Source: Eledone cirrhosa
Lineage: Eukaryota
Direction of reading: 5' to 3'
DNA length: 25,177 bases
Assembly (NCBI GenBank): GCA_964016885.1
Contig: CAXHJY010000959.1
Coordinates: 1 to 25,177 of the forward strand
Below the pieces are notes generated by a model. It did not search any database. It saw nothing but the letters and a program-made list of their open reading frames with translations, and was not told where the DNA came from. A program made the position numbers and the translations under genes. Numbering within the stretch: position 1 is the first letter of the stretch; each line of letters opens with the position of its first letter. This document shows positions 14,292 through 25,177 of the stretch, piece by piece.

Positions 14292-17200
14292 TTAATTGTA
14301 AGTTGTGATGTTGCTGTTCCACTCATATTTTCTATTTAATTTTGGTTTTAATTCTTTTATGCTTACTGCCTCTGTATTTGCCTAAACATTGCGTCTTTCT
14401 TGTGTGTGGATTCTATTTTTATTTCTATGCTCTCTAATTTACCCCTGTGTTCTATCTTAGCATGTTGGTAGAGCACAGATGATCTTTACTATCTTGGAGG
14501 TCTCGCCAGTGTTCATTTATTCGTTCTCCTATACTACGAGCTGTCTCACCTATGTACACTATATTTTTGTTTCTACATTGTCCTTCAGTAACATCTTATG
14601 CTATATACTACATTTCTAGTTTTACAGTTAATATGGGGGCTTATTTTACAGGTTATACATTTCTTATCTATACATGAGGGTCTTTGGAACGGGTATGTCT
14701 TGCTAATAAGTGTTTTTACGGAGGTACCAGGTCTTTCTACTATCTTAATATTGAGATTATGTTTCTTTAGGGCCCTTCTAAATTTGTAGGCTAGCTCGCC
14801 TCTAGGGGTTGTATTGATGAACATTACACTCTGGTATTTATTGCTATCATACCATGAGTTTATTCTATTGGCCTTGTTCTTAGTTCTTTCTATTCTATTC
14901 CAAAATTTGCTCCTATACAAGGGGCAGGTCCCATTTATGTCATTATTTACCATTTTTTCCCATTTGGTTCTGGCTCCTTTATACACTCTGATTCTATCTC
15001 TCTGATTGTAGCCAGAGAACTGCATACGGTGGATGAAGTGTTGTATGTGTCTCTCTAGTTCTTCGGGGTTGCACATGCGGGACACATTTCTCATCACCCG
15101 TATCAAATCCGCAATCAGTATGTTGATTTTGGTATGGTCCGAAATGGCCGAGTTTCAGTGGATCAGATGTTTGGAAGTCATGGGTTTGGCATAATGGGAA
15201 TGGAGGATTTGTTTTTGGTTGTTAATAGTATCTAACCAGAGCTCTGTGTCTAGTACAGGTAATCGATGGTTGGGGTGTCTACTTGGGTAGTCTATAGTAA
15301 CTCTAATGCTCTGGTGGATGGAGTTTGCTATTTGCTGGATGCTTTCCATTGTGTTTTTCTCTGGTTCCTGACTGTTCTTTAGTGGGGGTGTCTTAACTAC
15401 GATGTTTATATCATCTACGTAGCGGGAGTACATTATCAGGGTTAAGCTGTCTTCTAATTGTTCTTTAAGTTTTTGTTTAAGTCTACTGTCCCACCATACC
15501 ATGAACAAGTTAGCTATGTCGCCTGCAATGCTAACACCAATGGCTGCTCCTTCCTCTTGGGCATATGTTTTACCATTAAATTTGAACATATGTTCCTTAA
15601 GGGTTAATTTTATGCTGGCCCCTACCGCATGTGCAATCATTTTCTTCAGTTCATCGTGGTTTTCGGGTGTCCGTATGGCTCTGGTCCACCCGTTCCATCT
15701 ATCTGTGTGGGTTTTCTTGGCCATTGAGGTAATGGTAGGTGGTCTGCCTCTTGCTGGTCTTGTAGGACACAGGTTGCTAAGGTCATAAGTGTCTAGGTAA
15801 CTATTACTATGGGTAAGCTTAAGTAGAAGTCCCAGCTCACTGGTATCAATCCCACGGAACTCAACCTTGCTCTCGCTGATCATTTCGACGCATTTCTCTA
15901 CAGCAAAATCCACGTCAATAGATGGATACAGGGACACAACATCCATACTGCCTATTATGCAGTTTGTTAGGTCCCCAGATCGGTTACCCGCGCCGATTCT
16001 GCTGAGGAGGTCCTCCGTGCTGTCACACACATCTGGGGACATCTCAATGATGGGGCGTATGATCAGGGAGAGGAAGTAGGACAGTCTGTAGTTACTAGCA
16101 ATGTTAGCCCCACAGACTGGCCGTGTTGGTGGTCCCGCGACAGGGTCCCAGCCCGTTTTATGGTCTTTTCGAAGCCCATACAACGCCGGCACGTCATTGT
16201 TCCAGGCCTGGAAGTTGTTGGCAGTCCTTTTGTTGGGCTGCATTATATTTGTCCACATCACCATATGGGCATTGAGGGTTTTTTCTCTATCCTCATGCTC
16301 CTGTGGTGTTACCTCTCTTGTGTTAGTGATGTGGGGTTGCATTGCCTGGATGTAGTTTGGCAGGCTGTCAACCGACATTCTGCCAGACTTGTCTGTTGGA
16401 AAGCATGCTATCTCTCCATTACGCGAGCGCTGCATGAGCTTACGCAAGCCATTTGCAGATTCTTCTCCCAGTTGCTGGGCCTCTATTCTATTATGCTTCT
16501 TGCTATACTGTTCTATAATATTTCTAAGTTCGGATTTAGCTATACTAAATTGTGCTTCTGTTTGTTCATCGACCTGCGACGGCAACTGCGTGCGTTTGTT
16601 AAATGGCAAAGTCGTGGCGTGGACTCGTCGTAGGTCGAATGATTTATCGGAGGGGTTATAAAACGGAGAGTTCCAGGCTGCTGCTTTATGAGTACTAGTG
16701 CTATTGTTAGTTGTGTTGTTTCTATTTCCACCAACAGCAGCAGCCTCAGCTTCATGGTTGTTTCTATGTCTCTCATAATTACTCCTGTCTCTTTCCACTG
16801 GCTCAATGTTGTTATCTACCCTATTTTGTGTGTCTGTGTGTTCGTCTTGGTTATTCTCTTTGTCCTTAGTCTCCCTACTCCTTTTAATCCTATTACTTTC
16901 TCTTATTTCTCTGATTTCTGTGCTACTGTCATTACTTGTTTTCTGTGTCTGTGTGTTTGTTAAGATTGTAGTGATGGTGAGAGGCATTGAATGTGTGTGT
17001 GTTGTTGTTGTTGATGTGTGTTGTTGTTGATGTGTGTTGTTGTCTCCGTGTGTGTGTGTGTTATCGTTGTTGTGTGTGTTGTTATTGTTGTTTGTGTTTG
17101 CGTGTCTGTTGTTGTTGTATCTGGGTATGTTGCTGTTGTTGTTGTTGTTGATGTGTGTGTTGTTGTTATTGTTGTCTCCGTGTGTGTTGTTATTGTTGTT

Positions 17201-17422
17201 TGTGTCTGCGTGTCTGTTGTATCTGGGTATGTTGCTATTGTTGGTGTTGTATCTGGGTATGTTGCTATTGTTGTTGTTATTGTTGTTTGTGTCTGTGTGT
17301 CTGTTGCTGTTGGGATGTGTGTTGTATATGTGTGTGCGTATATTGTTGCTTTTGTTTTTGTTTTTGATGCTCCAGCGTAGTTTCGTAAATGATTTTTCTA
17401 TTTCTGACAGACAACTAATCAT
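14292..17422 (-). pseudogene. PLE reverse transcriptase-GIY-YIG endonuclease polyprotein; open through the RT core, disrupted downstream
   Basis: Motifs [85 protein letters not shown]. In-frame TGA at 15155-15157 (CGA in the other copy). Then NVVYSIRC, a frameshift near 14590, YIGET, further indels, and LNRKYEW..YN* ending at 14292. Confidence 0.93.
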
Positions 17423-19200
<1,778 letters not shown>

Positions 19201-19287
19201 ATATTTACTTTAGATAATTACTTAGAACTCCTACATTCTTTAGAATTTGGATATGAGGGAAGTTAAATACGGTAAAGCATTGTGAAA

Positions 19288-19454
19288 TGAGAGAGAAGGG
19301 GAGAGAGATAGAGGGAGAGAGATAGAGGGAGAGAAATAGAGGGAGAGAGATAGAGGGCGTAGGAGTGATAGATAGATAGAGAGAGAGAGCAAGAAAGCGT
19401 AAGAAAGAGAGAACCATCGATAGATAGATGGCTAGAGAGAGAGAGAGAGAGAGA
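19288..19454. repeat. (GA)n/(GATA)n purine-rich microsatellite
   Basis: gagagagatagagg units and gagaga runs. Confidence 0.85.
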
Positions 19455-19767
19455 TCTGTAAGTATGTAGGACGTTTTTATAGTAATGTCGGGATTGCTGT
19501 TTCTCTCTCTCTAGCTGTGTTCCTATTGTGAGGATGTCTGTGTGGCGGCGTGTCGGAGTGACGTGTAGCGTGGTGAGGGGGGGGGGGGTTGAGAAGTGAT
19601 GGAGGGTTTATATTGCTGACAATTAACAAATGTTTCAATTGTTGCCACTTAACGCCATGTTTTTCGGGTTGTTTTTATTTTTACCTGTTCTACTTTACCT
19701 GGTTTCAAACTTTGCACAATTCCATAGAAAAATGTTACAAAAACGAAATATGTGAACACAGATGTGT

Positions 19768-20206
19768 ACACACTTATTTACACACTTATTTACACACTTA
19801 TTTACACACTTATTTAGACACTTATTTACACACTTATTTACACACTTATTTACACACTTATTTACACACTTATTTACACACTTATTTAGACACTTATTTA
19901 TACACTTATTTATACACTTATTTACACACTTATTTAGACACTTATTTAGACACTTATTTAGACACTTATTTAGACACTTATTTAGACACTTATTTATACA
20001 CTTATTTATACACTTATTTATACACTTATTTACACACTTATTTACACACTTATTTAGACACTTATTTAGACACTTATTTACACACTTATTTACACACTTA
20101 TTTACACACTTATTTACACATTTATTTACACACTTATTTAGACACTTATTTACACACTTATTTACACACTTATTTAGACACTTATTTACACACTTATTTA
20201 CACACT
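19768..20206. repeat. 12-bp tandem repeat ACACTTATTTA[C/G/T], ~36 copies
   Basis: Exact 12-bp period with one variable position. Confidence 0.97.
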
Positions 20207-20696
20207 CATGCAAACCCACATTCATAATACATACATACACACAGATGTGTACACCCTTATCTACACTCTCGTGCAAACACATGCAGATGTGTATACACTT
20301 ATTTACACTCTCATGCAAACACATACACACACATAATACGTACATACACATACATATGCATAAACACACAGTGAGGTATACACACTCGTTTACACTCTCA
20401 TGTTAATACACACACACACACAATACGTACACACCCATTCACACACTCGTACACACACACTCATACACACGCACTCGTACACACACACACATTCACATAC
20501 ACACACACTCATTCATTCAAACACACCACACTCACACACACACACGCACACGTTCAATCACACACACACACAGACACACACACACACATACACACACACT
20601 CACATATTCATGCACACTTATTCACACACACACACTCCTTCACACACACATACACACGCACATACTCCTTCTACCACACACAGATATAACACACAC
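20207..20696. repeat. Degenerate (CA)n region
   Basis: CA-rich, with diverged relatives of the 12-mer (tttacactctcatg). Confidence 0.85.
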
Positions 20697-21039
20697 GAAA
20701 AAAATATATAACAATAATTAAACCAGCAAAAGCTGAATTAAGTCAAAACAGAAACAAAACCAAGCCACATCACAAATAGAACGAAATACAAATATAGAAT
20801 TAATGAATGGGTAGAAAGGAATAAAGAGATAAAAGAATAAACGAATAAACAGAATAAACTTTGCCACTAAAACAAAATGGATGCCATTTTTTAACGTAAT
20901 TATGGCGGAATAAAGCATCAAAAGCTGAGGAGTGTGAGACGAAATAAATACCTTTTGTGTTGTTTGGTTTGACGAAAGCTCTGTGGGTGGTTCGTGTTAG
21001 ATCTCGGCTGGTAGTGGCTTCGTGTTGTTAATGGTATTG

Positions 21040-22222
21040 TGAGATGGTGGTAGATGATGGTATGGTTTTGGTAGTGGTTGTGGTTGTGGTAGATGATGGT
21101 ATGGTTTTGGTAGTGGTTGTGGTGATTGTGAGATAGTGGTAGATGATGGTATGGTTTTGGTAATGGTAGTGGTTGTGGTGATTGTGAGATGGTGGTAGAT
21201 GATGGTATGGTTTTGGTAATGGTAGTGGTTGTGGTCAGTGGTGGTAGATGATGGTATGGTTTTGGTAGTGGTTGTGGTCAGTGGTGGTAGATGATTGTAT
21301 GGTTTTGGTAATGGTAGTGGTTGTGGTCGGTGGTGGTAGATGATGGTATGGTTTTGGTAATGGTAGTGGTTGTGGTCGGTGGTGGTAGATGATGGTATGG
21401 TTTTGGTAATGGTAGTGGTTGTGGTCAGTGGTAGTAGATGATTGTATGGTTTTGGTAATGGTAGTGGTTGTGGTCAGTGGTGGTAGATGATGGTATGGTT
21501 TTGGTAATGGTAGTGGTTGTGGTCAGTGGTGGTAGATAATGGTATGGTTTTGGTAATGGTAGTGGTTGTGGTCGGTGGTGGTAGATGATTGTATGGTTTT
21601 GGTAATGGTAGTGGTTGTGGTCAGTGGTGGTAGATGATTGTATGGTTTTGGTAATGGTAGTGGTTGTGGTCGGTGGTGGTAGATGATTGTATGGTTTTGG
21701 TAATGGTAGTGGTTGTGGTCAGTGGTGGTAGATGATTGTATGGTTTTGGTAATGGTAGTGGTTGTGGTCGGTGGTGGTAGATGATTGTATGGTTTTGGTA
21801 ATGGTAGTGGTTGTGGTCAGTGGTGGTAGATGATTGTATGGTTTTGGTAATGGTAGTGGTTGTGGTCAGTGGTGGTAGATGATTGTATGGTTTTCGTAAT
21901 GGTAGTGGTTGTGGTCAGTGGTGGTAGATGATTGTATGGTTTTGGTAATGGTAGTGGTTGTGGTCAGTGGTGGTAGATGATTGTATGGTTTTGGTAATGG
22001 TAGTGGTTGTGGTCAGTGGTGGTAGATGATTGTATGGTTTTGGTAATGGTAGTGGTTGTGGTCAGTGGTGGTAGATAATGGTATGGTTTTGGTAATGGTA
22101 GTGGTTGTGGTCAGTGGTGGTAGATGATTGTATGGTTTTGGTAATGGTAGTGGTTGTGGTCAGTGGTGGTAGATAATGGTATGGTTTTGGTAATGGTAGT
22201 GGTTGTGGTCAGTGGCGGTAGT
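21040..22222. repeat. 49-bp GT-rich minisatellite, ~24 copies
   Basis: Unit GGTAGATGATTGTATGGTTTTGGTAATGGTAGTGGTTGTGGTCAGTGGT, with period 49 measured from 22021 to 22070. Shorter variants occur at the left edge. Confidence 0.95.
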
Positions 22223-22769
22223 GGTAGGTGATGGTAAGGTGTTCTTAATGGTAGTGGTCAGTGTTGATTGTGGTTGGTTTGTGTGTGACAAGTATTCAAA
22301 CATGTTAGATCTTGGCTGGTAGTTGTTGTATGGTTTATACAGCACCGCGACAACTGGGTGCATATTCATTCAATATTGAACAGTCAGACATAGGGTGGGT
22401 CATTTGATGGCACCCTGTGAAGGCCCATGATGATCAGGTCGTGAGATGGTGGTGGAAGGTGATGATAAGGTGTTGTTAGTGGTAGTGGTTAGAGGTGATT
22501 GTGAGATGGTGGTGGTGTCTGTGATAGTGGAAGATGAGAGTAGGGTGTTGTTAATGATTGTGGTGGCTGTGTTTGTGCTGGGGATACACACCAGGGTTGC
22601 TGAGTGGCCAGGTGGGAAGGGTGTTAGACATACGATCGTCGTGTTGTGGGTTCGATACCTGAGCCGAGTTTCACGTTGCTCCAGTCCTCTCATCTCGAAG
22701 ATTTGTACCAGCAATCACCAGGGTGGATTAACTTTGCGATGGACTGTTTTGTGGGTAGCTGGATGGATA

Positions 22770-23100
22770 CGTGAGGGTGGTGTTGTGTCCTTGCGCACGA
22801 TACTTTATTTCACGCCACACCAGTACACTCAGCTTGGGGGAAATGAGTTGTAGCTGTAATTCCAAAGAAGGGCCAAGCTTTTTGACACTCAATTTCATAC
22901 TGAATCTCCCTGAGAATTAGGTTAGGGATACACATGTTTGAGGAAATCTTAGCGACTTTCACCTTCCCCTAAGTTCCTCGCTTTTTGGGTTCGATTTAAT
23001 CGGCTCTCCCAAATTTGTTGGCCTCGTACCTAGATCAAAAATAAAGTACCAGTCAACACTGGGGTAATTGCTGGATTTGTGCCAAAAGTCGAAACAATTA
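22770..23100 (+). mobile_element. Degraded SINE fragments
   Basis: gttgtgtccttg..atactttatttcac (SINE core-like, from memory) near 22781. aaaataaagtaccagt..ctggggtaattgctgg..ttgtgcc.aaagt.gaaacaatta (23038-23100) matches the 3' half of 11287-11476. Confidence 0.5.
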
Positions 23101-23104
23101 TTAA

Positions 23105-23310
23105 GCGTGGCGGATTTTCAGAATCGGTAGAGTGTCGGACAACATACTTTGCGATATATAATCACAGACATTTATATTCGGAGAACAAATCCCGCCGAGG
23201 TTAACTTTGCATTTCATCCTTACGGGGTCGATAAAATAAAGTACCAGTAACCTAGTGCGGTCAATTTCATCAACGATACACTCGCCCAAAATTGCTGGCC
23301 TTGTGACTAA
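23105..23310 (+). mobile_element. tRNA-derived SINE copy
   Basis: Shares aaatcccgccgaggtt.actttgc.tttcatccttacggggtcgataaaataaagtaccagtaa with 11287-11476. Confidence 0.8.
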
Positions 23311-23413
23311 ACCATTTTTATTATAGCGATCCTCTCTCACTGGGCAAAGCATAAACTCTTTCAAAATACTGCTTTAAGAATGGAGTACTATGTTGAATAT
23401 TTGTCCTAATAAT

Positions 23414-23602
23414 TAATTGTTTCTACTTTTGGGACAAGGCTAACAATTCCCCCAGCGCATTACTGGTAATTTATTTTATCGATCGATTCCGCAAGGAGGA
23501 AAGGCGAAACTAGCCTCGGCAGGATTTAAACTCAGAAAACGTAAAGGACCGTAACTATATGCCGCAAAGCATGTTGTTCGACGCTCTACCAATTACTGCC
23601 AA
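23414..23602 (-). mobile_element. tRNA-derived SINE copy, diverged and inverted
   Basis: Reverse complement gives ttggcagtaattggtagag...ctgagtttaaatcctgccgagg...gataaaataaattaccagtaatgcgctggggg...gtagaaacaatta. Confidence 0.8.
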
Positions 23603-23645
23603 TAATATCTAGTTATAACCACCACCGCCCCCTCTCCCTCCATTA

Positions 23646-23649
<4 letters not shown>

Positions 23650-23702
<53 letters not shown>

Positions 23703-24045
23703 CCCCCCCCCCCCTCTCACTTCTCCCGCCCCTCGACACCTCCCATACACCTCACAACACCCGAGACCACCCTACCACCTCCATTAACTTACCCCCAGCC
23801 CATCCCCACCCCCTCTCTCACCTCTCCCGCCCCTCGACCCCCCATATACCTCACAACACCCCAGACCACCCCAGACTACCCCCATTAACTTCTCGACCCC
23901 CCCATATACCTCACAACACCCCAGACCACCCCAGACTACCCCCATTAACTTGCCCACCCCATCTCCACCCCTCTCTCACCTCTCCCGCCCCTCGACCAGC
24001 CCATATACCTCACAACACCCCAGACTACCCTACCACACCCCAAAA
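23650..24045. repeat. (CA)n run followed by an irregular C-rich tandem repeat
   Basis: cctcacaacacc occurs 4 times; ctcccgcccctcgac and ccattaactt occur 3 times each. Confidence 0.85.
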
Positions 24046-24129
24046 ACTACAAAGTACCCGTTGAAAAGCAACTCATAAATCAAGTGATGCTTAACACACC
24101 CTAACTCAAATGATATCACATAGATGTCT

Positions 24130-25177
24130 CTGGGTGTAGACGGGTGTGTGTAGGGGTGTGTGTGTAGGGCTGTGTGTGTGTCTGTAGGTGTGTGTGGATA
24201 TGCGTGTGTAGGTGTAGTTGTGTATGTGTAGATAGGTGTGTATGTGTAGGTGTAGATGTGTGTGTGTAGGTCTAGATGTGTAGATGTGTGTGTGTGTAGG
24301 TGTAGATGTGTGTGTGTAGGTCTAGATGTGTAGATGTGTGTGTGTAGGTGTAGATGTGTGTGTGTAGGTGTAGATGTGTGTGTGTGTGTAGGTGTAGATG
24401 TGTGTGTGTTGATGCGTGTGTGTGGAGGTTTAGATGTGTGTAGGTGTAGATATGTGTGTGCAGTTGTGTGTGTGTGGAGGTGTGTATGTGTGTAGGTGTA
24501 TGTGTGTGTGTATAGGTGTGCAGGTGTGTGTGTCTAATTGTGTGTCAGCATACGTGTAAATGTATGCGTGTGGTATACTCGTTTGTTTGTGCAAGTGTGT
24601 GTGTGGTGTGTGGGGGGGGGTATACGGTTGTGTGTGTGTGATCAACATGTTAGTGTGCACATGTGAGTGTAGGTGTAATTGTGTGTGTGTGTAATATATA
24701 TGTGTGCATATGTATGTAAATATATGTGTGTGTAATTGTGTGTGCATGTGTATGTATAATTGTGTGTGTGTAATTGTGTGTGCATGTGTCTGTGTAATTA
24801 TCTGTGTAATTATGTAATTATGTAAGTAGGTGTGTGTGTGTGTATGATTGTATGCATGTGTGTGTGCGTAATTGTTTGCATGTGTGTCTGTATGTGTGTG
24901 AATGTGTCTATGTAAATTATGTGTGCGTAATTATGCATGTGTATATGTGTGTAATTTTGTGTGTGTGTGGGATGGGACAGTCGTGTGTGTTTTCGTAGGT
25001 GTATGTGTGTATAACTGGGTGAGTGTGCATGTGTCTACACGGTTATGTAATTGTGTGTGTGTGTAATTGTGTGTGCGTGTATGTGTTTGTGTGTGTAATT
25101 GTGTGTGTGAATGTGAGTGTCTGTAATTGTGTGTGTGTTTGTGTGTGTATGTGTGTGTCTGTAATTGTGTGTGTGTT
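24130..25177. repeat. Degenerate (TG)n region with TAGGTGTAGATG and TAATTG subunits
   Basis: TG-rich to the window end. Confidence 0.9.

Larger units (their letters stand above)
13742..17422 (-). mobile_element. Near-full-length Penelope-like retroelement (family B; Cx4Cx2C linker as in Neptune/Nematis-type PLEs)
   Basis: Single RT-then-GIY-YIG reading frame, 3' UTR with hammerhead, 3' terminus ...CAGAAACGAA joined to (AT)n, and 5' side joined directly to (TA)n. Confidence 0.95.

Noticed and set aside
15155-15157. In-frame TGA as selenocysteine or programmed readthrough
   Set aside because: The sister copy has CGA (Arg) at this codon, so CpG deamination is the simpler explanation.
15501-17380. 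Plus-strand ORFs overlapping the RT gene
   Set aside because: They are antisense to the RT or encoded by (GTT)n/(GT)n, with no recognisable motifs.
19589-20406. HTYL, VNKC and THLF repeat ORFs
   Set aside because: They are by-products of a 12-bp tandem repeat that is open in several frames on both strands.
21040-22222. CRISPR array or telomeric repeat
   Set aside because: The units are head-to-tail with no unique spacers and no TTAGGG arrays, and the context is eukaryotic.

Overview
Repeat-only eukaryotic window with no host gene. The host is probably an octopod cephalopod, inferred only from the SINE family and the extreme microsatellite content. Positions 1-19.2 kb are a long degenerate (TA)n field containing six Penelope-like element (PLE) type insertions from about four sequence families. 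These are: a 5'-truncated Naiad-type GIY-YIG fragment with a ~1.45-kb inverted duplication of its 3' end (34-3501); a near-full-length RT+GIY-YIG element (13742-17422, -); a 5'-truncated copy of that family (6444-8350, +); a 187-bp ends-only copy of the same family (11681-11867); and two non-coding foldbacks (3749-3986, 12578-13082). Minimal type I hammerhead ribozyme folds occur near the 3' ends of three families. Five of the six insertions share one architecture: two inverted copies of the element 3' end, one with an extra 33-87-nt tail, both abutting (TA)n. Several inversion junctions carry short reiterated motifs. Positions 19.2-25.2 kb hold micro- and minisatellites (12-bp, 49-bp, C-rich) and tRNA-derived SINE copies. 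The long Y/I-rich ORFs are microsatellite artefacts. All alignments, folds and translations were done by eye.
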